A DNA stretch of 64,000 nucleotides, taken from NCBI RefSeq assembly GCF_038025025.1, contig NW_027117341.1, positions 558,001 through 622,000 of the forward strand. The letters are read 5' to 3'. The translations under genes and the position numbers were made by a program. Below, one piece after another: positions 47,714-59,030 of this stretch (position 1 is the first letter of the stretch; the number at the start of each line of letters is the position of its first letter). The notes under the pieces were generated by a model, which saw only the letters and a list, made by a program, of their open reading frames with translations, searched no databases and was not told the DNA's origin. The DNA comes from Phyllosticta citribraziliensis. Taxonomy: Eukaryota.

Positions 47714-48952
47714 CTACGCCGAACCAAAGATTTTGAGGAATCCCCACAGCCCGCATGCGCAGAGGACGGGGATGGTGACGTTGTCGTCCCACCCGAAAAT
47801 ATCGACAGCCTCGCTCGCGCTGGCCACGACGCCGGACACCAGGCTCATGGCCCCGAGTGCGAGGCCGCCCCCAATCGAGCCCTGTTCTTCTCCCCATCCA
47901 AGGGCGCCCTTCACCGCCGCCGGCAGCCCCAAACGGCCTTGAAACGCAAAAGCAAAGTCGCCGCTGTCCACTCCCGGTTCTCCGGCCTGCACGCGCGGTG
48001 CGATCCAGCCGTAAAACAGGGACGCGGTGACGACGCCCGTCAACAGCGCGGCCAGACTGCCGGCCAAGCTCTTTCCACGGCGGATCTGCGGTGTGTACTT
48101 GCCCCAGCGACGGCCGGCGGTCGAGGCGGCCGTGTCGCACCACGATAGAAGCAACACGGCCATGACACCGACGTCTTTTGGGAACCAGCGCAGCGCAGTC
48201 CACGTACCGAGAAGGTACCAAATGACGCCGTTCCAGCCGTCGACTTCCGACTCGCGCATGAGGGCGCCGAGGCAGCGAATGTAGAAGCGGTTGAGAGAGT
48301 TGAATCGGTGGCGCAAGAAGTCTACGGTTGCGATTGGGATGAGAAGGCCGAATAGAATGGGGTGTATGGACGTAGGTTGTATTGCGCTGGTATAGAGGCC
48401 GAGAGTGAGGAAGCCAATGGAGGTGTGGAGGATCTTGCGGGGGATTTCATGGCGGTGAATCTGGATGGTATTAGACATGAAGCTTTGACAGGTGCGCCAA
48501 CTCACAAATGAACGCCATTCCTGATGTATGGGTATTAAACCAAGTGGACTGGGGCTCCGGCTGAGACTGCGCCAATACTCTTTGTTTGATTGTGCGTCGT
48601 TGGGAGATAGATGACCATTCGAGTGACCATTTGGTGCTGCGAGAGAATCCTTGTTCCGCGGCTTTGTTGGCACAGCTCCGTCTGGTTTGGTCAAAGGCTT
48701 GACGACTGGCCGCTTCTTCATGGGACTCCGGCTGCGGGCCCTCGGGCGTCTGCCCAGCTCGTCGGAACCGGAGCTGCTTTGGTCGTCGAGCTCATTGATC
48801 GGAGGGGTAGGCGGAGGTTGACCAGTGTTGACGCGGCGCGCGGCTGAACGCGTAAAATATCCGCTGGACTGCATGTTGGATTCGGAGGGCGTGGGCGAGG
48901 GACTTATGACGCGCGGAGTCCTCGGCACCTGGGCTTGTGCGGAGACGGCCAT
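47714..48952 (-). CDS. DGK1: CTP-dependent diacylglycerol kinase Dgk1; intron 48505-48461 (397 aa)
   Basis: HEIPRKILHTSIG; LGALMRESE..WNGVIWYLLG; LLSWCDTAAST.GR..G...GKSLAGS; WDDNVTIPV. Confidence 0.93.
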   Translation of the reverse strand: MAVSAQAQVPRTPRVISPSPTPSESNMQSSGYFTRSAARRVNTGQPPPTPPINELDDQSSSGSDELGRRPRARSRSPMKKRPVVKPLTKPDGAVPTKPRNKDSLAAPNGHSNGHLSPNDAQSNKEYWRSLSRSPSPLGLIPIHQEWRSFVSWRTCQSFMSNTIQIHRHEIPRKILHTSIGFLTLGLYTSAIQPTSIHPILFGLLIPIATVDFLRHRFNSLNRFYIRCLGALMRESEVDGWNGVIWYLLGTWTALRWFPKDVGVMAVLLLSWCDTAASTAGRRWGKYTPQIRRGKSLAGSLAALLTGVVTASLFYGWIAPRVQAGEPGVDSGDFAFAFQGRLGLPAAVKGALGWGEEQGSIGGGLALGAMSLVSGVVASASEAVDIFGWDDNVTIPVLCACGLWGFLKIFGSA

Positions 48953-49643
48953 GGCGGGGTACCAGCAGAGGGAGAAGGGAGGGAGGAGTGGAGAGCGAAG
49001 GTGGCCGTGGAGGGTAGAGCGGGCGTTGGAGCAGAGGGCGGCTAGGACGGAGTAGAAGTCGGTGGAGGGTTGGCGGCCGCGGAGCTGGAGCAGGGTCTCG
49101 TCGCTCGGGTCTCGTGCCTCGTCTAGGTGGAGAGGAATATGGGAGGATTTTGGATTTGGGGCGCGGGGGGCTTGTGCATGTTCTGGGTCGTGTCGGGTAG
49201 CGGACGCTGCCAGGGTGGAGTTTTGGAGGAGGGAAATGGTGGACGACGGGGGCCGGCGGCTGTGCTCTGCTGTTGGTGCTGAGGATGGTTACCTTACGAT
49301 GCTGACTGACGGACTTGATTTTTCGACGGGCGGTTGGCTTAGCTGGCTGGGTTGGAAGCCTGGCCCACCCTGCCCTGGCTGGCTCAGGTCACTCGGCTGC
49401 CAGCCTGTCCATCGCATGCCATCACTGTGCATCCATCCACTCGCACAATTCCTCGCATCCGCCCTTCCGCCGTCTTCCATCATCCGGCCCTTGCCAGCCA
49501 TCGCCTATCTCTCATCCCATCTCCCTTTTTCCTCTTCCTCTTCCTCTTCCTCTTCCGGCCACGGGACCGCGAGATTCCGTCGTGGTCCGTGCCCTAATTT
49601 CACGTGCGGCTTGAGGTTCCGCGTCACGCGAGTCAGGTCCGTC

Positions 49644-49655
49644 CTTATCGATAAG
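49644..49655. promoter_or_regulatory. Perfect palindrome CTTATCGATAAG ~95 bp upstream of SPB4
   Basis: 12-bp palindrome made of two CGATAAG elements, PAC-like ribosome-biogenesis motif. Confidence 0.6.
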
Positions 49656-49746
49656 ATAGCCCTCGATTTTTCGCGACGGGCGCCAGCGACCATGGTTGGC
49701 GACCAGCTTGCTCTTCTTGCGCCAACTCCCCTTCTCACCACTCGCC

Positions 49747-51705
49747 ATGGCTCCAGAGAAGCCCGACAAGTCCAAGAACGCCCGCGCGTGGAGTGCTCTC
49801 ACTCCCGCTCTCTCGGAATGGATCCTCGACGCCGTCGCAACCATGGGCTTCGACCGCATGACGCCCGTCCAGGCCAGCACCATTCCGCTCTTCATGGGAT
49901 ACAAGGACGTCGTCGTTGAGGCTGTCACTGGCAGTGGGAAAACACTGGCTTTCTTGATCCCCGTCATAGAACGGCTCTTGCGCCTGGACGAGCCTATCAA
50001 GAAGCATCACGTCGGTGCCATCATCGTCTCGCCCACCAGGTACCCCCCTCGTCCCTTGGTCCCCGTCGCCAGTAATTGACCAGCTGTTAGGGAACTGGCC
50101 TCGCAAATTCACTCTGTCCTCCTGTCTCTCCTCCAGTTCCACGCTCCCTCTGCCGCCGCATTACGACCGCCCGAGCAAGATTCCGACAGTAGCGAGCCCA
50201 GGCCTACCTTTTCCTCCTCGACCCTCAAAATAGTCCCACAACTCCTCCTTGGAGGCACCACTACCCCTGCTCAAGATCTGAGCGCCTTTCTCAAGACCTC
50301 TCCCAACGTCCTTATCGCCACACCCGGCCGTCTTCTCGAACTCTTGTCTTCTCCGCATGTCCACTGCCCACAATCCTCGTTTGAAGTCCTGGTCATGGAC
50401 GAGGCAGACAGGCTGTTAGATTTGGGATTCAAGGATGATTTGCAAAAGATTCTCCAAAGACTACCAAAGCAGCGCAGAACTGGTCTTTTTAGCGCCAGCG
50501 TAAGCGAAGCTGTCTCAGAACTCGTCCGCGTTGGCCTGCGCAACCCAGTGCGCATCGCCGTCAGAGTCAAGTCGGCATCGGGAGCCCTAGACAAGAAGAC
50601 GCCTGCTTCTCTGCAAATGACCTACCTCCTTGCACCACCCTCCCACAAGATACCATCCATCGCCAAGCTCTTGTCGACCGTCACTCCGGTCCCACAACGG
50701 GCCATCATTTTCCTGTCTACCTGCGCCGGAGTAGACTATTTCCAACACGTCCTCCCTGCGTTACTCACGACTCATACGATTGTGCCCTTGCACGGTAAAC
50801 ATCCTCCCAACGTTCGCGAGAAGAACTTTCGCCGCTTCACTGAATCTGTCTCTCCCACACTTCTACTTACCACTGATGTCGCGGCCCGAGGATTGGACAT
50901 TCCAGCAGTGGACCTAGTAATTCAGATCGACCCACCCTCGGACCCAAAGACTTTTATCCATCGTTGTGGCCGCGCAGGAAGAGCAGGAAGGAGAGGATTG
51001 GCCGTCACGTTCTTGACGCCCGGGACACACGAGGAAGATTACGTTCCATTTCTGTCAGTCAGGCAAACGCCAGTCGTACCGCTTACGTCACCTTCCATTC
51101 AAATTTCCGATGCAGAGGCAGCGGAAGCCACCAAGACGATGAGGGCCATTCTTCTTGACGACAGGGCAATTCATGACAAGGCACAACGGGCCTTTGTTAG
51201 CTGGGTACAATCCTACAGCAAGCACACGGCAAGCAGCATCTTCCGCGTCAAGGAACTCGATTGGCGCGAGCAAGCAGATGCCTGGGGCTTGCTCAGGTTG
51301 CCAAAAATGCCCGAGTTGAAAGGCTGGGAAGGCGACAAGAAGCTTGGCCTGGACATTGACTGGAACGAGTACAAGTACAAGGACACGGTGCGGGAAAAGA
51401 GGAGACGAGAAGAGGAGCAAAAGTATCTCGAAGAACTTGCCAACCCAGAAGCCAAGGAAGAGCAAGCCAACAAAAAGCGGAAGAGCGGAAGAGAAAACGC
51501 GTGGAGCGAGCAAAAGGAAGCCAAGGAGACGAGGGAAAAGAGAAGAGAAAAGAGGCACAAGAAGCTGGATGCCAAGAGGAAGGAGAAGATGACGGACGAG
51601 GAGAGACGAGACGACGACAAGCTGAAACAAATGATCTCCGTGGTCAGGGAGCAGACGAAGAAGATAGAGGATGACGACGAGGAGTGGAATGGGTTTGACG
51701 ACTGA
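49747..51705 (+). CDS. SPB4: ATP-dependent rRNA DEAD-box helicase Spb4 (DDX55); intron 50040-50090 (635 aa)
   Basis: Q motif [51 protein letters not shown]; Spb4-type [12 protein letters not shown] and [10 protein letters not shown]; charged tail. Confidence 0.96.
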
Positions 51706-51935
51706 AGAAAACGGGACGCATCGCGCGGCGCAGCATTCATTGCATCACCCGGTGTTCAGGCCTTTTTGCTATCGATCGTCTTTTGGGTCCGCGATACCCT
51801 GGGGAAAACATGAAATTGATCTTTTTGCGACTCTGACGAAACGTGGCGACACCATCGCAACCTGCTTGATCAATTGTCCGCCAAGTGCCACATTCCACAA
51901 CCATCCAACTTGACCACCATCCCCACCCAATAACT

Positions 51936-52586
51936 TCAAAACTGCCCCCTCTCGATCCTGCGCCGCTCCAGCCACCACGCAACCCCGACGACGACAAACA
52001 TGCTCAGGTCCAGCTTCTTCTGCAGGTGCGCGTCCTGGTGCGGCCCGAAGCGCGCGCTGCCCGGCACCGCGTCGAAGGCCGTCACGTCCGGGTACGCGTG
52101 CGCGCTCAGCTGCGTCACCCAGTACAGCGAGTTGAGCAGCACGACGACGCCGAGGTCGCGGTGCGCGGCGTCCTTGCGCAGGCGCGTCAGCGCCGCCTCG
52201 GCGTCCGCGGTGGTGATGGTGGTGGCCGACTGCGCGTCCGTCTTGGCCGCGGCGTCGGCGCCTTTGGCGAGGGCCGGAGTCGTCGTTGCGGTGGTGGTGG
52301 TGGGCGGCGGCGGCGGCCCGCCCCTCATCAGCGGTGCGGCCAGCAGCGGGGCGCGGTACAGATAGTACAGCGCGGCGACGCCGAGGAGCAGCCCCATGGA
52401 CATGGTTTGTCCGTTGTGGAATTTGGCGTGCCCCGGCCACGTGTGGTTGTAGATGTGCGACTCGTTCCAGTCGGCGACGAAGCACGCCGTGCTCGTCATC
52501 AGCGCTACGAGGGTGAGCAGGATGCGGCCGGGTGGGAGGAGCGGGGGCGGCGAGGGGGCGGCGGTTGCGGAGGGCGAGGAGGCCAT
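51936..52586 (-). CDS. Small multi-pass membrane protein (DUF6640-like), intronless (216 aa)
   Basis: ADWNESHIYNHTWPGHAKFHNGQTMSMG motif; about four hydrophobic helices. The DUF number is from memory. Confidence 0.75.
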   Translation of the reverse strand: MASSPSATAAPSPPPLLPPGRILLTLVALMTSTACFVADWNESHIYNHTWPGHAKFHNGQTMSMGLLLGVAALYYLYRAPLLAAPLMRGGPPPPPTTTTATTTPALAKGADAAAKTDAQSATTITTADAEAALTRLRKDAAHRDLGVVVLLNSLYWVTQLSAHAYPDVTAFDAVPGSARFGPHQDAHLQKKLDLSMFVVVGVAWWLERRRIERGQF

Positions 52587-53732
52587 TTTGGTTGTGGTTG
52601 TGCTTGTGCGAGGGTCCTGGAGCCTAGGTGGGAAGATGGTGGGCTGAGATGCAGGTGTGTCGATTTATTCTCTTGGATGATGTCGTCGAATCAATGGTGT
52701 TGTAGGGTACAATCCCCGATCCAAAAGCACAGCAACAGAGACGAAAAGTAAGAGCGAGAGAGTGAGTGAGAAAGCAGAAGAGAAGAGCGCAGACGGAAAA
52801 GAACCAAGCAAGTCATCAAGCCACCAACCAACCGACCTAACCCGACCCAGCAAAGCGACAGACAGACAGACAGATCCCGAACTAATGCAGCCATTGCTGC
52901 AACGGCGGTGCCGAATGCCGCTCCTCTTCGCTTCAGCTTCAGCATCTCCGTCCTCAGAACAGAGAAACCCACCAGCCATCGTTGTGTGCTCTTTCATAAC
53001 CTTCCCCCTCCCGTCTCGTCTGATGTCCTCTCTAGGCGCCTAAGCGGACCAAGGAGCTGAAGGAATGGCAGAAAGACGGGACCGGGAGCCAGCCAGCCTT
53101 GATGGATTCCCGCCCGCCTCGGGCTGCATCCCTGCCCGCCCGACGCCGGCTGCGGCCGCGGCGGGCGATCCGAGCCGTCAGCCTACCTCACCTCAACCTG
53201 GCTTTCGGAATCCCCTCTCTCCCGTCCGACGGACCGTCCGACGCGGGGCCCGAAATGATTTCCCGCCGTGACCAATGTCAGGAAAGAAACCCGACCAGTT
53301 TGTTCGCCTCGGACTGCTGGGAAGAAATATTCGCGCGCGCTGGACGTTGATGTTCGACCCCGAGGGCGATGGATTGGCGCGCCTGTGATGACGAGAGCTA
53401 GCTAACCAGGAAACCTGAGTCGGTGAGAGGGCGGGCTGACCGAGGTAGAAATCTACGGCCCGCGCTGATTTGGATGGATGATGTGAGCGCACTGGCTGAC
53501 AGGTGGATGGCGGCTCGGTTGCGCGCGCAAGGCCGTCTGACAGGCGGAGCGGACTGGAACGAAGAGGGCAGACCGAGGAAATGGAAGCTCTCCAAGTCTA
53601 TATCATATTACAAAATGTACGCGCCTATACAACAAGTACTCCCAAACGATGCAGTAGCAAAGCACCGCTGAACGCTTTTGTCCGCCCAGACAAAAAAGAC
53701 CACAAGAATCAAAAAAGATACAGGAAAGTGAT

Positions 53733-54971
53733 TTACTTCCTCTGCTTGAGGCCCTCCTTGTCCGTCTCGGTCGTGCCGTCAATCTCGAGCGTGTCGAAGT
53801 TGGCCTCGGCCGTCGCCTTGCTGACATTCTTGCCCTCGACGTTCATGAGGTACGCGACGGCGTCGTCCTCGAGCTGCTCGAGCAGCTTCTCGTCGAGCTC
53901 CTTTTGCTTCTTCTGCTTCTCGACCTTGTCCTTTTGCGCGCCGAGGCGCATGCGGAGCAGCGTCGAGATCAAGCCCGCGACGCCCGCGCCGACCAGCATG
54001 ATGTTGTTTTTGGCGTGGTGCGGGATGAGGTATGCGTGGCACTGCGGCGGGAACTTGGCGTCGAGGAAGTTTTCTGGGTGCTGCCAGCGCTCCAGGCACT
54101 CGTCGTAGGCCGACGTGATCTTGGTGTGGATCTTGTTGACGCGGCATGCCGTCGTCTTGCACGTCACAAAGTACTGGTCCCAGCCGGCGTAGCGGTCGTG
54201 CGCCTTGTTAATCCAGTCCAGCCCCTGCGGCGCCCACGTAAAGTGCTTCTGGTCACCCGGGTGGATCCACTCCTCGACCTTCTCGAAAGGGTAGCTCTCA
54301 TCGACGCTGACGGTGCCCTGCTGGATGCGCAGGATGCTGTTGTCCGGACGCCGCGAGTAGCTGAGGCGGAAGCCCGCTGGCTCGGCCGGGGTGATTGGGC
54401 CGGCAGGTCCCTCCAGCGACGTAATGTTGTAGACAATGCCCTTGACGTCGTGGGTGCTGTTCTTGACGAGCGTGTCGATGCTGATGCTGCCCTTCAATCC
54501 GACGACCTCAGGCTCATAGTTGGCAGCGTCAAGCAGCTTGCCCTCGCTGTCGTAGCGGGAGGGAGAAAACAGCCGCACCGCGCTGAGCACGTTGCCACCT
54601 GCAACCTCCTTTCCTCCTCTTATGCCGGCCTCCTCGGTCGAGATGACGGGCAGGTCCTCGTCGAGAACCGTGTAACCGTTGATTTGGGCGCCGTTCTCTC
54701 CGTCGAGGCCCAATGAGCGGGTGATGCGTACGTCGAATTCAAAGAGGCCATCGACGTAATTCTTGGGCTTCTGAGGGTCTTCTGGAAAGCACTGCGAGCA
54801 CGCAATGGGGAATTGGACATGTGTGAAGCCGTTGTTGCCGTGCGAAGAGACGCGAATAGGGACCTGGTCGAGGGGGCGTTGCTCGTGGGGATCGATGAGG
54901 GGCTCAGGAACGGCAGAGAGCGCAGGGCCCGCGAGTGCGAGCGCACCGGCGACGACAGAAGCACTCCGCAT
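53733..54971 (-). CDS. Signal-peptide, single C-terminal TM protein of unknown function, intronless (412 aa)
   Basis: Signal peptide MRSASVVAGALALAGPALSA; CSQC and CKTTAC motifs; TM IMLVGAGVAGLISTLL; charged cytosolic tail; strong C/G third-position bias. Confidence 0.85.
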   Translation of the reverse strand: MRSASVVAGALALAGPALSAVPEPLIDPHEQRPLDQVPIRVSSHGNNGFTHVQFPIACSQCFPEDPQKPKNYVDGLFEFDVRITRSLGLDGENGAQINGYTVLDEDLPVISTEEAGIRGGKEVAGGNVLSAVRLFSPSRYDSEGKLLDAANYEPEVVGLKGSISIDTLVKNSTHDVKGIVYNITSLEGPAGPITPAEPAGFRLSYSRRPDNSILRIQQGTVSVDESYPFEKVEEWIHPGDQKHFTWAPQGLDWINKAHDRYAGWDQYFVTCKTTACRVNKIHTKITSAYDECLERWQHPENFLDAKFPPQCHAYLIPHHAKNNIMLVGAGVAGLISTLLRMRLGAQKDKVEKQKKQKELDEKLLEQLEDDAVAYLMNVEGKNVSKATAEANFDTLEIDGTTETDKEGLKQRK

Positions 54972-55420
54972 GGCTGAATGGGTTGGTGGTTAGTGGAGGT
55001 GGAGGGAATTGAAGAGGAGAGAGACACTTTTGTCAGTTGGCCATGACGAATCGGAGTTAAGGCGACAGGGTCTGCCAGGGGGATCCATCCGCCCTGTGGC
55101 TTGGCGTGGCGTCATTTGGATCGGCTACCGTGTTCCGCTTTCAACCTCACTCCTTCATCGCCAACGCTCCAAATCAACTGCCAACAGCCCATCTCCTCTC
55201 TGGTGTCTTTGAAAGACCGAAATTGGGCTCTCGTAACCTGTGCTTCATCCTCTGCTTGTTTAGGCGGCCAACGAGGCAGCCGTTGGTCAGCGCCGTTATG
55301 CGAAATTGGCATACGCTTGGTCCTATTTCACATAATAGATGAAGATCAGGTTTCATTTCCATTTCCATTCCCATTGTGAAGCTGATACAGACACACTCTC
55401 ATCTATCTGACGATCCTTTG

Positions 55421-55538
55421 GAGCATTCCTGGACATTGGCGCCCGAGAACAAAGAGCATTCGTGAACAAGGACGCTCACGAACAAGGAGCATTCGCGCCC
55501 AGGACAATGAACGCCCACGACCAAGGAGCGTTCGCGCG
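55421..55538. repeat. Degenerate direct repeats of GAACAAGGAGCATTCG-like units
   Basis: GAGCATTC/GAGCGTTC cores near 55421, 55464, 55487 and 55526, most preceded by GAACAAG/GACCAAG. Confidence 0.6.
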
Positions 55539-56841
55539 CTAGGCGGAAGATGAGCTGCTCTGGTAGCCCTCAGGCCACGCAAAGGGGTCTCCCTCCTCCT
55601 CCTCATCCCAGGGTCGCAGGAGATCCCCATCAGCGGCGGTGGTGGCGGCAGCGGCATTGGCGGGGATGGTGGCGGCAGTTGGGGCGGCAGCAGGGGCAGC
55701 AGCAGAGGCGACAACAGCAGCGGCACTGGTCTCAACACCAGCGTTCACGCCCGAATGCTCCTCACCCGCGTCAGGCTGCATGGCGGCGGCGCGGTCCGGC
55801 ACCAGGGCGCTGCGGTCCAAGCGCCTGGTGATGGCGCAGGTCACCGAATGGGCGGACCTGTTGATGCCAAACGCCGCATTGATGCGCCCAGCCAGAACCT
55901 TGCGACTGATGTAGGGCTCCTTGGCCAACTCCGCCACGAGGAAGTCGAGGTGTGCCTGTTCCCAGGCCATGCGCGCGTCACGGGAGCGTTCGGTCGTCTT
56001 GCGGAAGCGGAACTGGCACTTCCAGCGGTTGAGCAGCGCAATCTGCGCCGGATCGTTCCAATTGGACGGCGGTGCGTGGACGTTCAGGCGGCGCTGGCCC
56101 CGGCTCTTGCCCTTCACCTCCCTCTGGTTGACGGCAATCAAGCACAACAGCCTCGCCTGGTCGTAGAGCTGGCCATCAGGAAGCGTGGCGTAGCGGCCGC
56201 ACGACTTGAAAATGAGGTGGATGTCATTGAGCGCCTCGGTGATGGGGAAGTGCGCGCACGGCGGCACACTGCACTCGTAGCTGAGCGGTGGGATCTTGTA
56301 TCCTTTGTCGATGTAGTCCTGGACGGTATAGTAGACGGGGGCCCATCCTTGGGTGTCAGGCTTGCGCGCATTCTCCATCTCGGCAGCGACCGTCAAGTCC
56401 AGAGAGACGAATGGGTTGGAAAGCTCTGGCGCGTGCTGAACAATGTAGGCTCCTAGTGGCCAATGAGCTTCATTCGAGAGACTGGGAACGACAAGACTTA
56501 CCATCGCGCTGGCTGAAGACGGGAACACCCTTGTTGGAGTGCGACTCGACCTTTTCGGCAGTTCTGACTCCTCCGACCTTGTGGCCACAGATGCAATGGT
56601 CCTCGTCGGGCGACAGAGCGGGAGCCTCAAGGACTTCGAAGTCCTGCTTGGAGATTGGAAGGACTTCTCTCTTCTCCTGCACGTCCCAGGCCTTGCCATG
56701 GCGCTGGTACTCTGAGGTATACTCCGGATTGGCCTTCTTGAGCAAGAACTCGCAGGACGAGTCAGACGCGTACTGCTCCGTCTCCGAAATCTCAACACCG
56801 ACAGGGCTCGAAGCGCTCGTGGGGACAGGTAAAGAACTCAT
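55539..56841 (-). CDS. Orphan protein with C-terminal Myb/SANT-like helical motif; intron 56501-56453
   Basis: ATG at 56841; GTAAGT donor and CACTAG acceptor join ORFs 56470-56862 and 55539-56798 in frame; NWNDPAQIALLNRW...WEQAHLDFL...INAAFGINRSAHSV. Confidence 0.7.
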
Positions 56842-58117
56842 GGCGACGGCGAAGGATTGCAATGGTAAAACAGCTTGAAAGAGAGAGGGATATTCTGTGC
56901 GAGCTCTGAGAGAGTGGTCGTGTGAAGGGAGGTACGATGAAGAGGACGGGAGGGTGTGAGTGTCGCGATGGTGTTGCTCTGAGGACTCTCTCTACAACGC
57001 GGAAAATCTCCCACTCAGTGGTATACACATCACAGCACGACGCCATACCTATTTGGGAAGTCCACGCCTGCCATGCTGTGATGGGGAAAATCTGCCACGC
57101 CAGACCGCTTGCCTTTCAGGGGTTGGGTGCCCATGGGGAAGACTTGCGCCAAAATTCGCGTGGTCAACACCCATGCGCTCCCCACGCGTATCACACGCGT
57201 GTCTTCTGTCAGGCCAGACTGGTCTGGCTCTGGACTCAATGGCACTGTAGACGTCTTGGTTTTCAGCTTCGAAATCTCTCTCTCAGAGCTTCGAGCAGTC
57301 ACCTCCACTGACGCGTCAGTCCTCCTCTACCAGGCCTTCTAAGCATTCAATATTCCTGATCTCTCTACAGAAACAACTCTTTCGCCGAGCGTGGAGCCAC
57401 AACAGCCACAATCAGACGCCACCGCACCTAGCAGACCACTCCACAAGCACTCTTCCCTCGAGCAACACGAAACTCCGGAGATGCGAGCGCAAGAAAACCA
57501 CAGAGCAGTCTCTGGAAGCATTCGCACATGTGAGCGCTTGGCTTTGCAATCACCTCTCGTGCTTCCAGCGACTACATTTCGACATGATGGCTCGTCCTGG
57601 GCAAGAAGATGAGTCTACAAACAAGCGGCTTCGAGCTGGAAGCGTCCATTACGACGGGAGTTACCGGCAAGCCTCACAAAGAGACATCTCTCGTCGTCCT
57701 GCCAGCGCAGCCGACGGGTCGGTCTTTAGGCCTGTAGTTCTCCTTTCGGGACTCCTTGATCCGTGGCTGTGTCGCCTGGCGTCTCTATCTGTCCTGTGGT
57801 CTGTGTGCGAGTCTTCGAGGCGTGAGCAACAGTCTTTCTGGGTAGGACCGCCTGCTGCTCGGGCGTCTAACGGCTTCGTCGGTAATGAGGTGTCATGTGC
57901 TCGTTTTGCTTGAGTTGGGAGCAGAAATAGGAGCAGGAGGGCTTGCTCATTTATAACACTCCGGTGTTTGCTGGGTGGTGCGAAGTACGAGGTAAGTAGG
58001 TATTCGGAGCTCTCGCACAGTGCAATCCAAGCATCAACTCAATTCATGCATATCCTTCGCTCTGGCGTCCTCCTCCCCACCCCCCCGCCACCCCCTTCCC
58101 CTCACCGCATGAATCCA

Positions 58118-58897
58118 TCACTTGCCGTAGTCCACACACCACTTCCGCCGCGCCTCGGCCAACACAGGGCGATCTCTGCGCCGAAAGCCCCTCGTGACGC
58201 CCTCGGCAGTGACGGCAAACGCATTCCACTCCCTCGTCAACGCCTCGTCCATATCCTCCTCTCCATCCCCACCGCCATCCTCATCCTCGCCCTCTCTCTC
58301 CTCATCCTGCCCCTCCCCCCTGACTCTCAGCGCAACCCAATCCCTCAACCACGCCTTCTCGTCCCTCGTCCACTTGAACCGCACATGCGGCGGCGGCTGG
58401 CAGTGCCGCTCGTGCAGCAGATTGACGTGCCACGCGTTCAGCAGCGCGACCCAGCGGCGGCTCTCCCAGTCGGCGCTGCGCGCCAGGTGCGGGGGCAGCG
58501 GGATGATGTCCGTCAGGCCGGTGGCCGGGTTGGGGAGGTGCAGCGGGAAGCGGGTTGTTTGGTCGAATATGGTGGTGTGTGTGGCTGGTGGGGAGGATGA
58601 TTGTGATGAAGAGGGTGAGGAGGGGGAGGCGAAGGCGGTGTTGGTTAGGTGCTGGAAGCGGCCGGCGACGAAGTATTTGAGGTGCGGTGGGATGGTGGCG
58701 TCGTTGTAGAGGTTGGGCGCGTAGTGCGTGAGGGTTTGGTCGTCGGTGGCTGCGGAGGGGACGGCGGCTGGGGTGGATGCTGTAGATGTAGCTGCGGCTG
58801 TGGTGCTCTTGCTCTTTTGGCTGCTTCTTGCCACTTTTGAGTTGGAATCGCTGGCTTCGTGCTGGTTGTTATGAGGGATGTTGTCAGGCTGAGCCAC
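58118..58897 (-). CDS. Orphan protein related to 55539-56841 (Myb/SANT-like motif), up to 259 aa; start uncertain (ORF opens at GTG)
   Basis: DWESRRWVALLNAW...WTRDEKAWL, acidic insert, LTREWNAF. Confidence 0.6.
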   Translation of the reverse strand: MAQPDNIPHNNQHEASDSNSKVARSSQKSKSTTAAATSTASTPAAVPSAATDDQTLTHYAPNLYNDATIPPHLKYFVAGRFQHLTNTAFASPSSPSSSQSSSPPATHTTIFDQTTRFPLHLPNPATGLTDIIPLPPHLARSADWESRRWVALLNAWHVNLLHERHCQPPPHVRFKWTRDEKAWLRDWVALRVRGEGQDEEREGEDEDGGGDGEEDMDEALTREWNAFAVTAEGVTRGFRRRDRPVLAEARRKWCVDYGK

Positions 58898-59030
58898 CCC
58901 GCCTTCATCACCGTTCGAAGCTGCGTAGTTTTCAGGTCGACCTGCTACCCCTATCGCGCAATCACCTTAGCATGACATTCTCCCTCTCTCTCTTGTCCTC
59001 CATTCCCAAACAAGCAAGAGATCCAACCAC

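Noticed and set aside
49062..49919. 285-aa ORF across the DGK1/SPB4 promoter
   Set aside because: GTG start, low-complexity promoter sequence, and out of frame with SPB4.
53733..53753. ER-retrieval dilysine signal at the C-terminus (GLKQRK)
   Set aside because: Lysines are not at the -3/-4 or -3/-5 positions.
57391..57913. Plus-strand ORFs between the two Myb-like genes
   Set aside because: Short, with no convincing splice model or family features.
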